NCBI GenBank assembly: GCA_002030015.1
Contig: LQBH01000001.1
Coordinates: 103,900-167,899, forward strand
Length of the DNA: 64,000 bases
Source: a delta proteobacterium MLS_D
GTDB lineage: Bacteria; Desulfobacterota; Syntrophia; Syntrophales; UBA2210
Reading direction: 5' to 3'
Each line of letters opens with the position of its first letter. Positions within the stretch are counted from its first letter, which is position 1. Shown piece after piece: positions 47,232 through 56,902 of this stretch. Under the pieces are notes generated by a model. The model did no database searches. It was not told the origin of the DNA and was given only the letters and a program-made list of their open reading frames with translations. The position numbers and the translations under genes are program-made.

Positions 47232-47690
47232 ATGCTTCGTAAAGCAAAAGTAAGCGACGTTAAATATATTCACCGCATGATAAACGATTCGGCCCGCCGG
47301 GGGGAGATGCTTCCCCGGTCCCTCATGGAGTTGTACGGCTTCCTGCGGGACTATTTTGTCTATTGCCCCAATGACGGCAAGACGGTCGTGGGCGTCTGCG
47401 CCATGCACATATTCTGGGAGAACCTCGCGGAAGTGCGGTCGCTCTTCGTGGCGCCGGAGTACCGGCGCAAAGGAATCGCCACGAAACTTGTTGAAGCCTG
47501 CATTTCCGAAGCCATCACCCTTGACCTGTATCGCATTTTCACCCTGACCAACCAGGAACTGTTTTTCAAGAGCATGGGATTCATCGAGGTCGACCGCGCG
47601 ACACTTCCCGAAAAGATCTGGACGGAATGCATGAAGTGTCCCAAGTATCCTGATTACTGCGACGAAATTCCGATGATCATTGAACCATGA
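47232..47690 (+). CDS. GNAT-family N-acetyltransferase (small ArgA-like type)
   Basis: 152 aa with acetyl-CoA motif A (LFVAPEYRRKGIATKLV) and a C-terminal CMKCPKYPDYC. Confidence 0.75.
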   Translation: MLRKAKVSDVKYIHRMINDSARRGEMLPRSLMELYGFLRDYFVYCPNDGKTVVGVCAMHIFWENLAEVRSLFVAPEYRRKGIATKLVEACISEAITLDLYRIFTLTNQELFFKSMGFIEVDRATLPEKIWTECMKCPKYPDYCDEIPMIIEP

Positions 47691-49069
47691 GGATGGGGGA
47701 AGATACGTACAAATACCGAGACCTTTATTGCAGAACCTCACAAAACCGGCAATTTCGTCATGCCGGAGAATACCCTGACGGACACGCGAGCCGTCATCCG
47801 GTACTGTCAAGTACTGTCCGGAATGACGGGAAAAAGGGTCGCGCAAAGGTCTCACGCCACGCCGGAGTCATCGCGGGACTTGCGATTTTCGCGTTGATCG
47901 CCGTCCTGGCGGCCGGTTGCGCCGTCGGGCCGAAACCTCGTCCGGTCGCGGAAGCCGAGCCGGAACACCTCGTCCTCGTAGACCCCGGCTGGTGGCCCGA
48001 TTTTTCCGACGACATGGACCGGGACTCTCTGCTGATTGCTGTTGATCGAAGTCTCGTGTACTACGGCCGGCTTCCCGAGAATACCACTTTTCAATTCGGA
48101 AATACTGTCTACAGCCTGCAGGAAATGAAAGATTCGCTGCTCCTGTTGCGCGATATCGTCGCGACGACGGAAAACACAAGCGACCTGCGCCGTCGGCTGA
48201 TGGGATCATTCGATCTTTACCAGTGCACGGGAACGGGCGGGGATGGAAACGTTTTATTCACCGGGTACTACGAACCCGTTCTCAGGGGATCGCGAGTCAG
48301 AACAGACCGATACCGGCATCCCGTCTATCGCACACCCGATGATCACACCATTATCGACCTTGGCGGGTTTCACGAGAAGTTTGCCGACGAAAGGATCATC
48401 GCGCGCGTAGAGAACGGCGACGTGCTTCCCTATTTTACCAGGAGCGAGATCGACATTGAAGGACGCCTCGAAGGATGCGGGCTGGAAATCGCCTGGACCG
48501 ACGACCCGGTGGAACTGTTTTTCATGCATATTCAGGGATCGGGGACTATCATTTTTGAGAACGGGGAGTCTATCCAGGTCAGTTACGATACCTGGAACGG
48601 CCGCCCCTATCGAAGCCTGGGACGGCACCTGGCACAAAAGGGCGTTCTCGCACTGGCCGAGATGTCCCTGCGGGGCATAAAAAATTATCTTCAATCCACC
48701 AGCGGAGACGACGTGATGTCGCTCCTGGCGCACAATGAGAGCTATATTTTTTTCAGGGTCGTTGAAGAAGGTCCGCGGGGCGCCCTCGGCGTGCCCGTGA
48801 CGGCGGGTCGAACGATAGCCACCGATCCCGCCTTTTTCCCCCGCGGCGCGATAGCACTGGTTTCCCTGAAGCGCCCGTTCTTTTCCGATGCCGGCGAGAT
48901 CTCATTCTGGAAACCTTTCTCGCGCCTGGTGCTCAATCAGGATGCGGGAGGCGCCATCAAGGGACCGGGACGTGTTGATCTTTTCTGGGGCACCGGCGAC
49001 GAAGCGGGCCTCACTGCCGGGTACATGAAAGAATACGGACAGCTTTATTTTCTGGTAAAAAAACGGTGA
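47687..49069 (+). CDS. mltA: membrane-bound lytic murein transglycosylase A family protein
   Basis: MltA-type blocks (LFTGYYEP, FFMHIQGSG, TGRTIATD) and a 3D-domain end (DAGGAIKGPGRVDLFWG). The ATG overlaps the GNAT stop (ATGA). About 60 aa precede the hydrophobic segment ending in the lipobox-like LAAGC. Confidence 0.8.
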   Translation: MRMGEDTYKYRDLYCRTSQNRQFRHAGEYPDGHASRHPVLSSTVRNDGKKGRAKVSRHAGVIAGLAIFALIAVLAAGCAVGPKPRPVAEAEPEHLVLVDPGWWPDFSDDMDRDSLLIAVDRSLVYYGRLPENTTFQFGNTVYSLQEMKDSLLLLRDIVATTENTSDLRRRLMGSFDLYQCTGTGGDGNVLFTGYYEPVLRGSRVRTDRYRHPVYRTPDDHTIIDLGGFHEKFADERIIARVENGDVLPYFTRSEIDIEGRLEGCGLEIAWTDDPVELFFMHIQGSGTIIFENGESIQVSYDTWNGRPYRSLGRHLAQKGVLALAEMSLRGIKNYLQSTSGDDVMSLLAHNESYIFFRVVEEGPRGALGVPVTAGRTIATDPAFFPRGAIALVSLKRPFFSDAGEISFWKPFSRLVLNQDAGGAIKGPGRVDLFWGTGDEAGLTAGYMKEYGQLYFLVKKR

Positions 49070-49241
49070 ACAGATTCACCATATGGACCGTCGCGCCGCA
49101 GGTCACGAGATCCGGTTCATGGCGTATTTCTTGTACGAGTTGTGACATCATGGCGGCTATACAGTCATTTCCGCCCATGATGACGGTCGGAGGGACTATT
49201 TGCGGGGCGGGTCGATTCTCGACACGGACGGGAACAATGGC

Positions 49242-49865
49242 ATGAGAGAACGCGTCGTAAAAATATATTATGCAGTGATTGGAAAAGCGGTCCGACCGCT
49301 GGCGAATAGTTCTCTTTCTCCGAACACCCTGACCCTGCTTTCGCTCCTGGTTTCCCTGGGTGTTTTCTTTCTCTTCGCGGGCGGCTGTTTTTTTCTCGGC
49401 GGCCTGGCGCTCCTCCTGTCGGGACTGTTTGACACGATGGACGGAACTGTCGCCCGTCTCGAAGGGCGAGCCACGCGATTCGGAGCGCTGCTCGATTCAA
49501 GCGCGGACCGCCTCGCGGATTTTTTTATATTCGCGGGATTGCTGGTTTATTTCCGGCAGGGGCCGACATTCTACGGGCTGCTTATGGCGCTGGCGGGCTC
49601 TTACCTGGTGAGTTACGTGAAGGCCCGGGCCGAATCACTGGGAACGATCCGCGTGGTTGGTTTCATGCAACGCCCGGAACGTATACTGCTTCTCGCCGCC
49701 GCGTCGCTGTCGGTACCTCTCACGGCGGCCTGGTTTCCCGGTTATTCGGAAGTTCCCCTTGTTACCGTCATTTGGTTCATGGCGGTCGCCACAAACATAA
49801 CGGCGGTTCACCGGCTTCTGGCGGCACGCCGTGATCTCGATGATTCATCACGCCTCGCCGGCTGA
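49242..49865 (+). CDS. CDP-alcohol phosphatidyltransferase family protein
   Basis: 207 aa with the complete signature DTMDGTVARLEGRATRFGALLDSSADRLAD (D-x2-DG-x2-AR-x8-G-x3-D-x3-D) and about 6 TM helices. Confidence 0.85.
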   Translation: MRERVVKIYYAVIGKAVRPLANSSLSPNTLTLLSLLVSLGVFFLFAGGCFFLGGLALLLSGLFDTMDGTVARLEGRATRFGALLDSSADRLADFFIFAGLLVYFRQGPTFYGLLMALAGSYLVSYVKARAESLGTIRVVGFMQRPERILLLAAASLSVPLTAAWFPGYSEVPLVTVIWFMAVATNITAVHRLLAARRDLDDSSRLAG

Positions 49866-49874
49866 TCGGCGGAG

Positions 49875-51476
49875 TTACCAGCTGTCGACGCGGGGACGTT
49901 TCTTGCCGGTGCGCACCGGGGGCTCGGGCTGGGCCCGCAGTCCACGTATGATCCAGTGGCGGGTATCGACGGGATCGATAACATCGTCGATCTCGAGACA
50001 GGCCGCCATGTTGAGCGCCTTGCCGTGTTCGTAGTGAAGCGCCACGAGTTCTTCGTAGCGCTTCTGCCTTTTTTCCGGGTCCTCGATGGCGTCCAGTTCT
50101 TTCTTGAATCCCAATCGTACGGCGCCTTCAAGTCCCATGCCGCCGAACTCACCCGTGGGCCACGAGACGATAAAGTCGGAATTATGAAAACTTCCGCCGG
50201 CCATGGCCATGGCACCGAGACCGTACCCCCGCCGCAACACAATGCTGAACAGAGGTATATCGGAATTAACCGCGTTCATGAAAATGCGGCAGAAATGACG
50301 GACCTGGGCTGTTTTCTCTGCTTCGGGTCCCACCATGAACCCGGGGGTGTCTATGAGAATGATCATGGGAATATCGAAGGCGTCGCACAACTGGACAAAC
50401 CGGGCGATTTTGTCGGCGCCGTCCGAGTCGATGGCGCCGGCCAGGTGAAGCGTGTTGTTCGCCATCAGGCCGAAAGGCTTTCCCTCGATCCTCACGAGCG
50501 CGGTGACGATACCAACGCCAAAATCGTGCCGCAGTTCAAGAACCGAATCGGTGTCGGCGAGCAGGTGTATGACTTTCCTGACGTCATAGGCCCGCCTCCT
50601 GCTTTTCGGTATCGAATGCCGCAGGAGCCGCTGATCGGCGCAGTCCCAGTCCGGCAGGTCTCCCTGAAAATAGGACAGATACTTCTTTGTTTTGGCCACG
50701 GCGTCGGCGTCGTCTTCGGCGACGATATCGACAACACCGTCCGCGGTCTGCACCTCGATCGGTCCTATTTCTTCGGGCGCGAAGACGCCCAGGCCGCCGC
50801 CCTCGATCATGGCCGGACCCGCCATGCCGATGTTGGAATCCTTCGTGGCGATGATAACATCGCAACAGCCCAGCAGCGCGGCATTGCCGGCGAAACAGCG
50901 GCCCGTTACGACGCCCACCACGGGGACCAGACCGCTCAGCCTTGCAATATGTGAAAAGGACCTGAACTCAAGACCCGCCACGATAATTTCCATCATGTCA
51001 ACATCGCCGGGCCGACCGCCTCCGCCTTCGGCGAACAGGACCAGCGGCAGCCTCCACTCATAGGCAAGCTCGAGCACGCGGTCTTTCTTCTTGTGATTGA
51101 ACCATCCCTGGGTGCCGGCCAGAACGGTATAATCATAGCCGATGGCCAGGCAGCGGCTCTTCGATGGTTCGAACATGTCGCTGTTCACCGATCCCACCTC
51201 GGCGACGAGCCCGTCGCCGGGAGTCTTACGAATGAGTTCGTCTTTGGGAACCCGGCTGCGTTGCGCCGCAAGCGTGAACGCGCCGTATTCAATCGTATCG
51301 TCGTTGTCGAACAGGTCGGCGATGTTTTCCCGTATCATACGGTGTCCCTGCTTACGGCGTTTCGCCACGGCGTCGGGCCGCGCTTCATCGCGGGTCAGGT
51401 TGCGGCGTTCGATGACTTCCGCCAGTTCCGGCCTGATTTCATCGGGATTTGCCTGTTTCTTGTTTCTGTCGCTCAT
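49875..51476 (-). CDS. acyl-CoA carboxylase/decarboxylase carboxyltransferase subunit (AccD/PccB/GcdA family)
   Basis: 533 aa from the ATG at 51476 (GGAG SD). Tandem crotonase-like CT domains with FAEGGGGR, AGNAALLG, MAGPAMIEGG, DTPGFMVG and RRGYGLGAMAM. Confidence 0.85.
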   Translation of the reverse strand: MSDRNKKQANPDEIRPELAEVIERRNLTRDEARPDAVAKRRKQGHRMIRENIADLFDNDDTIEYGAFTLAAQRSRVPKDELIRKTPGDGLVAEVGSVNSDMFEPSKSRCLAIGYDYTVLAGTQGWFNHKKKDRVLELAYEWRLPLVLFAEGGGGRPGDVDMMEIIVAGLEFRSFSHIARLSGLVPVVGVVTGRCFAGNAALLGCCDVIIATKDSNIGMAGPAMIEGGGLGVFAPEEIGPIEVQTADGVVDIVAEDDADAVAKTKKYLSYFQGDLPDWDCADQRLLRHSIPKSRRRAYDVRKVIHLLADTDSVLELRHDFGVGIVTALVRIEGKPFGLMANNTLHLAGAIDSDGADKIARFVQLCDAFDIPMIILIDTPGFMVGPEAEKTAQVRHFCRIFMNAVNSDIPLFSIVLRRGYGLGAMAMAGGSFHNSDFIVSWPTGEFGGMGLEGAVRLGFKKELDAIEDPEKRQKRYEELVALHYEHGKALNMAACLEIDDVIDPVDTRHWIIRGLRAQPEPPVRTGKKRPRVDSW

Positions 51477-51660
51477 TGATTCACTCTCCGGGATTAATGC
51501 GAAAAACGGCTTTCCGTGGATTTGAAAGAATCCGGGAAAACGTAGAACGTGCACTCATACCTTATTTTTATTTTTGTGACAATTCCTCCCATAAGAGGGA
51601 TGCCCCTGTATGCCCGCCGTGTTTGCTGAAGCGAGAGAGAAGCTTGTTAAACGAAGACCC

Positions 51661-52995
51661 CTATTTTATACCGTATTTTTTAAATACCTGTTCTGTGTCT
51701 TCACCGATTCGGGCGGAGATTCTTTTGATCCGCAGCGGTGTTTTTGACATTTTGCCCGTGACGGGAACCTGGAATATACCGTAATAGTGATCATCTACTT
51801 TGAAAAAGGTGTTTCTCGCCTTCCAGTGGTCTACTTCCATGACTTCTCTGGGGCGCAGCATTCTCGTGGTGACGGGCAAGCCGCCTCCCCGCCATTTTGA
51901 TCGTGCCACCTTGATGCTGAATGCTTGAAATTTTTTAAATATTTCATCGAATGTCATGGAAGCTATAGCCTGCTCAATTTCACGGTTCAATGTTTTTGCC
52001 TTTTCCACGTCGTCGGTGATCCTGTCGAGAAGTGTTTTCCATTCCTCTTCAATTTTCCAGAGTCCCAGAATACGAAGAGCAGCCCTGAAATCCTGGTCCC
52101 TGAAGCAGGCGATTGCGGCGTAACCATCCTTGCATTTGAAAAAACCGTACGGGCAGAGCCCGTAGTCAAGTGTACCGTAGCGCGGGCGGGGTTTTTTCCA
52201 AATGTCCCCGATGGTGGGTGGAAATCCCACGCATGAGGAAAAGGAATCGGCCGTGGCAACATCAACCATCTGGCCACGTCCCGTGCGACGCTTGAAAAAA
52301 AGAGCCATGAGCGCTGAACAGACGGCCGACACGGCGCTCGCGTATCCTCCCGCGTGGAATCCGGCCCTGGTAGGCCAGTTATAAGGTTCGGGGTCATCCG
52401 GTAGTGCCCCGACGAGGGCTGCCATTCCCGATTCCGCCTGGCTGGTAATGTCGGACCACGGAATGGACGCAAGTTTTTTCGCGTGTTCAGTGTATTGGCC
52501 GTAAGGTGTTATGGCTACGTAAACGAGAGAAGGATTGATTTCTTTCAATTGCCGATAGCCGATACCCAGCTCGTCAAGCAACCCCGGTTCAAACGTTTCG
52601 ATGAGCACGTCGGCTTTTTGCGCCAGGGCGCGCAACCTGTCCCTGTCCGTTTCATCGTGAATATCGAGACATATATTATGCTTATTCCTGCTTTCCATAA
52701 TATAGGGAATGCCGGTTCCCTTCACGGTTTTGCCGTAAGGCGTCATGAGACGGGCCGGGTCGCCTTCCGGGGGTTCTATTTTAATAACTTCCGCGCCTCC
52801 TTCCGCGAAAAGACTTGACGCGATGAGTCCGGTGAAATTGGCGTAGCTGAGATCGAGCACGACCGTATCCGCCAGTGCTTCGGGTTTGCCTTCGGGAGAC
52901 AGGATATCGGAAAGGATGCTGCTCCATTCAGATATCCGCTTCACCGCGCCTTTGTTCTGCATGTGTCGTGAATAGACTTTTTCCTTACTCGGCAT
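51661..52995 (-). CDS. family III (CaiB/BaiF/Frc-type) CoA-transferase, copy 2
   Basis: 444 aa from the ATG at 52995 (GGAG SD, 11-nt overlap with copy 1). VVLDLSYANFTGLIASSLFAEGGAEVIKIEPPEGDP N-terminal motif. Confidence 0.8.
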   Translation of the reverse strand: MPSKEKVYSRHMQNKGAVKRISEWSSILSDILSPEGKPEALADTVVLDLSYANFTGLIASSLFAEGGAEVIKIEPPEGDPARLMTPYGKTVKGTGIPYIMESRNKHNICLDIHDETDRDRLRALAQKADVLIETFEPGLLDELGIGYRQLKEINPSLVYVAITPYGQYTEHAKKLASIPWSDITSQAESGMAALVGALPDDPEPYNWPTRAGFHAGGYASAVSAVCSALMALFFKRRTGRGQMVDVATADSFSSCVGFPPTIGDIWKKPRPRYGTLDYGLCPYGFFKCKDGYAAIACFRDQDFRAALRILGLWKIEEEWKTLLDRITDDVEKAKTLNREIEQAIASMTFDEIFKKFQAFSIKVARSKWRGGGLPVTTRMLRPREVMEVDHWKARNTFFKVDDHYYGIFQVPVTGKMSKTPLRIKRISARIGEDTEQVFKKYGIK

Positions 52996-54346
52996 CGCTT
53001 TCTCCACCATAGTTAAATATTTCGTCTTTTTCGATATTGTAGTAAACGGGAGGACGCTGACCCACGCGGTAGTCCCAGTATCCCACCACGTATTCTTTTT
53101 CGAGTTGCCTGATTTCAGACTCCGAAAGTCCGAGAAGTGTTTTAAAAATATAGCGGTTATGGTATCCCAGCGGCCGGGTGAGCCACTTTATCCGGCCCGG
53201 AGTTTCACTCATCATTGCCGCCGAACCGGCCATGGTCAGTTTCCTGTACATAGGATCATTGAATTCGACGACACTGCCGCGTTCTTTACGCCATTCATCC
53301 CTGCTTATACTTACGTCGTCCTCCACTTCACTCAGGGCGAATCTGCAGGTTTCACGAATTTTCCGTATATCGGCGATTTTCAGCGAGTCAATCCATTCCG
53401 CTACAATTCGGTGTAATTCTTCGGCATGAGCCGGCTTCAATCGTTCAAGTGCTTCCGCGAAACGGGAATCGGTTGCGAGGTCATTTCTTTTCATGACTTT
53501 ACAAAGCGATCCGAACTGCTCATCCGTTCCCACGGCAAGCGCGACAAAACCGCCATCCGCTGTTTTAAAAATGCCGGAAGGAGATACGGTGGGGTCCTGG
53601 TTTCCTGTTCTTTCCAGGTCGTCTCCCGTGGCACTGGTGTATGTGAATTGAAAAAGCGACCTCATCAGAATCTCTGCCTGGGAAATATCGAGGTACTGTC
53701 CTTCACCCGTTCTTTCGCGGTAATTGAGCGCCATCATGACGAGCATGGCGGCAAAGAACCCGGGGTAAAAATCACCGAAGAAATCAGGTATCTTAAAAAA
53801 ATGCTCAGTATCGGGATACCCCGTGACACTTATAACCCCGCTTGTTCCCTGGGCGAGCAGGTCCCAGCCGGGGAAAAACCGGGACGGCCCGGTCTGGCCG
53901 AAAGTGCTGAGGCTGGCGTAAATAATATTCGGGTTCACGGCACGGGTCTGGGTGTAGCCGATTCCCCAGGCTTCAACCGTGCCGCTGGCAAAATTTTCGA
54001 TCACGATGTCGGATTGTTCAGCCAGTTTCAGGATGAGTTCTTTTCCGCGGGGATACTTGACGTCGATGCCGACGAAGTACTTGCTGTGATTGATAAAGTG
54101 CCACATGGGATTTGAATGCTTCCAGTATTTTCCCCAGTAGGTGGCGCTCCGCCAGTAATCCCCCTGGTAGGGAACCTCGACCTTGATTACCTCGGCACCG
54201 TGTTCGGCGAGCACATCGGCTGCCTTGGGACCGAAGATCATGTGGGACAAATCGAGCACCCTGATTCCTTTCAGCGCTTCAGATTTTTTATCCACCTGTG
54301 ACCGATCGAAAACCTCGGCCATGTAGGAAAAGTAATCGTTATTCAT
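52985..54346 (-). CDS. family III (CaiB/BaiF/Frc-type) CoA-transferase, copy 1
   Basis: 453 aa from the ATG at 54346 (GGGAG SD inside the end of livF). IRVLDLSHMIFGPKAADVLAEHGAEVIKVEVPYQGD N-terminal motif. Confidence 0.8.
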   Translation of the reverse strand: MNNDYFSYMAEVFDRSQVDKKSEALKGIRVLDLSHMIFGPKAADVLAEHGAEVIKVEVPYQGDYWRSATYWGKYWKHSNPMWHFINHSKYFVGIDVKYPRGKELILKLAEQSDIVIENFASGTVEAWGIGYTQTRAVNPNIIYASLSTFGQTGPSRFFPGWDLLAQGTSGVISVTGYPDTEHFFKIPDFFGDFYPGFFAAMLVMMALNYRERTGEGQYLDISQAEILMRSLFQFTYTSATGDDLERTGNQDPTVSPSGIFKTADGGFVALAVGTDEQFGSLCKVMKRNDLATDSRFAEALERLKPAHAEELHRIVAEWIDSLKIADIRKIRETCRFALSEVEDDVSISRDEWRKERGSVVEFNDPMYRKLTMAGSAAMMSETPGRIKWLTRPLGYHNRYIFKTLLGLSESEIRQLEKEYVVGYWDYRVGQRPPVYYNIEKDEIFNYGGESDAE

Positions 54347-54350
54347 AAAA

Positions 54351-55058
54351 TCAGACTCCCATGTAGGCTTGTTTGATGAGATCACTGGAAAGCAGCTCGC
54401 TGCTCGTTTCTTCCATCACGATTTCACCGTCCTGCATCACGTATCCCCTTGTACTGATTTCAAGGGCGATCTGCGCGTTCTGCTCCGCCAGAAGGACCGT
54501 AACCCCCTGTTCAGGGAGCTTTTCGATTGCGCTGTATATCTGTTGCTGAAAAGCCGGACTCAACCCCAGTGACGGTTCGTCGATCATAAGAAATCTGGGT
54601 TTGGCCATCAAACCGCGGGCGATGACGAGCATCTGCTGTTCACCGCCGCTCATAAGGCTGGCGCGTTGATCTTTTCGCTCGGCAAGGATGGGAAAGATGC
54701 CGGTTACCAGGTCGAACATTTCATGGCGGTTGCTCCAGGCGCCACGGGTGCTTGCTCCCATGAAAAGGTTTTCTTTCACCGTCAAAAACGGAAAAATCTT
54801 CCGTCCTTCGGGAATCTGTGAAATACCGCCTTTCACGATGTTCTGCGGCTGAGAGTTTTCAATATTTTTTCCGTTAAAGATGATCGATCCTGATGACGGT
54901 CTGAGAAGGCCGGATATGGTATTCAGAAGCGTCGTCTTTCCCGCCCCGTTCGAGCCAAGAAGCGCCACCAGTTCCCCACTTTCGACGGACAGACTGATAG
55001 TGTGAAGAACAGGAATAACACCATATGAGACATTAAGATTTTTAATTTCAAGCATCAT
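54351..55058 (-). CDS. livF: Liv-type ABC transporter ATP-binding protein (LivF-like)
   Basis: Walker A GSNGAGKTT, signature MSGGEQQML, Walker B FLMIDEPS. Confidence 0.85.
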   Translation of the reverse strand: MMLEIKNLNVSYGVIPVLHTISLSVESGELVALLGSNGAGKTTLLNTISGLLRPSSGSIIFNGKNIENSQPQNIVKGGISQIPEGRKIFPFLTVKENLFMGASTRGAWSNRHEMFDLVTGIFPILAERKDQRASLMSGGEQQMLVIARGLMAKPRFLMIDEPSLGLSPAFQQQIYSAIEKLPEQGVTVLLAEQNAQIALEISTRGYVMQDGEIVMEETSSELLSSDLIKQAYMGV

Positions 55059-55783
55059 CAGTGTTTGCCTCCTAAATAGGCCTCGATGATCCGGGGATCA
55101 TTGGCGATCTGTTCGGGAGGTCCTTCTGCGATTTTTTTGCCGTACTGCAGGACCACTATTCTCTGTGCCGCTTTCATGATGATCTTCATAACATGCTCGA
55201 TCCACAGGAGAGTGATGCCGAACTGCTCCTGAGCGCTCCAGATCATCTCAAGCGCCCGTTCCGATTCAACGGGATTGAGACCAGCCATGACTTCATCAAG
55301 CAGGAGCAGTTTCGGCGTTGTCGCCAATGCCCGGGCAAGCTCCAGCATCCGCAGTTCGTAAAGATTCAGATTTGAGGCAAGTTCATCCCGTTTAGAAAAG
55401 AGACCGACAAACTCGAGGTAATACGAGGCCTCGAGACCTGCGTCCGAGAAGCACATGTGAGGCCGTTTTTTGCCGTTTAACACGGCGGTGACTACTCCCG
55501 CCAGTGCCGTCATAGCGTAAAAGGGCTGGGGAATCTGGTAGGTTCTCGATATGCCAAACCTGCAGATTTTGTCGGAGGAAAGCCTGGTGATTTCGTTTTC
55601 TTCAAAAAATATTTTTCCCTCGGCTGGCCTGTAGACACCGCAGATAATGTTCATCATGGTTGTCTTTCCCGCCCCATTCGGGCCAATGAGTCCCACGACT
55701 TCACCCTCCCCGACGGAAAAACTCACGTCGTCGAGAGCACGAAGTCCCCCGAAATTAATTCCGATGTTTTGAATTTTCAGCAC
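55058..55783 (-). CDS. livG: Liv-type ABC transporter ATP-binding protein (LivG-like)
   Basis: Walker A GPNGAGKTT and Walker B LLLLDEVMAG. 1-nt overlap with livF (TGATG). Confidence 0.85.
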   Translation of the reverse strand: MLKIQNIGINFGGLRALDDVSFSVGEGEVVGLIGPNGAGKTTMMNIICGVYRPAEGKIFFEENEITRLSSDKICRFGISRTYQIPQPFYAMTALAGVVTAVLNGKKRPHMCFSDAGLEASYYLEFVGLFSKRDELASNLNLYELRMLELARALATTPKLLLLDEVMAGLNPVESERALEMIWSAQEQFGITLLWIEHVMKIIMKAAQRIVVLQYGKKIAEGPPEQIANDPRIIEAYLGGKH

Positions 55784-55858
55784 GTCGGACGTATCTCCTT
55801 TGTTTCTATAAGCTGTATTGAGCGCATTCGGCGAAGATCATTCGATTACACCTGCGGG

Positions 55859-56902
55859 TTACTCCCGTCGGACATGTAGCCTGGGGAAGTAGTCACGCGG
55901 GTGACGTTTGTGGTAAAGTCCCCACAATCCCTCGCCGCGTGGGAGCACATAGATCAGTGCGATCAGGACCAGAGGAAATATCCAGTGACTGACATGGCCG
56001 AAACCGCGAAGTCCTTCTTCGAGCATGGCAACGGCATAGGCGCCCGGAACGGCGCCATAGACAAAAGCGCGGCCGCCGATAATAACGATAAATAGTATTT
56101 TCAGCATGAATTCCAGCGGGAGATAGGTTACTCCGGCGAATGACCGGAACGTGTGAACGATGAACCATCCCACGATCCCGGTGAGGATTGAAGGCAAGAC
56201 ATAATAGAATACTTTGTACTTGCTGACATTGATTCCCATCATGCGTGCCACGTCTTCATTTTCGTTTATTGCCGCGAGTGAAACTCCGAAACGGGAACGG
56301 CCTATTTTATCCGCCGTCAGCATATAGAGAAGCATCAGAAACAGCGACAGATAATAATACGAAAGGTAGTTCCAGCGGACTCGCCCCAGATCAAGCAGGG
56401 GACTCATGCCGAACAAACCGACCTCTCCCCTGAAAATGTCGCCGAACTGGTATGTCAGGTCGAGAAACGCGAGAGGAAGAATGAGGGTAATAAGCGAGAA
56501 ATAAAGTCCCCGGGCGATCCAGGTGATGGGACTGAGAAGCAGGGCGATGGAACCACAAACGATAATGGTGCCCGCGAGAGTGAACGGGGGGCTCCATCCC
56601 AGATGCAGGTTCAGCAGTGCCGCCGTGTAGCCGCCGATGCCAAGATAGAACTGGGGGCCGAAATTAACCCTGGCCGTTCCCAGAATCTGAAGGCTCAGAG
56701 GAATGGCGATCGCCGCCAGCAGGTTAGCCGTGGTAAGCATGGTCAGCAGGTGCGGGTAAGAATAAAAGAACAGGGGCAGCGCCAGGAGAATAGTAACGCC
56801 GATAACAGGATTCCTCCAGTATCGGGGTTCTATGCACCATTCGTATTTTTCGATTCCCCACCGCAACAGGACGCGGTCTCGTTTCAATTCAAAATTTACC
56901 AT
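55859..56902 (-). CDS. livM: Liv-type ABC transporter permease (LivM-like)
   Basis: 347 aa, polytopic. 7-nt overlap with the upstream permease gene. Confidence 0.8.
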   Translation of the reverse strand: MVNFELKRDRVLLRWGIEKYEWCIEPRYWRNPVIGVTILLALPLFFYSYPHLLTMLTTANLLAAIAIPLSLQILGTARVNFGPQFYLGIGGYTAALLNLHLGWSPPFTLAGTIIVCGSIALLLSPITWIARGLYFSLITLILPLAFLDLTYQFGDIFRGEVGLFGMSPLLDLGRVRWNYLSYYYLSLFLMLLYMLTADKIGRSRFGVSLAAINENEDVARMMGINVSKYKVFYYVLPSILTGIVGWFIVHTFRSFAGVTYLPLEFMLKILFIVIIGGRAFVYGAVPGAYAVAMLEEGLRGFGHVSHWIFPLVLIALIYVLPRGEGLWGLYHKRHPRDYFPRLHVRRE

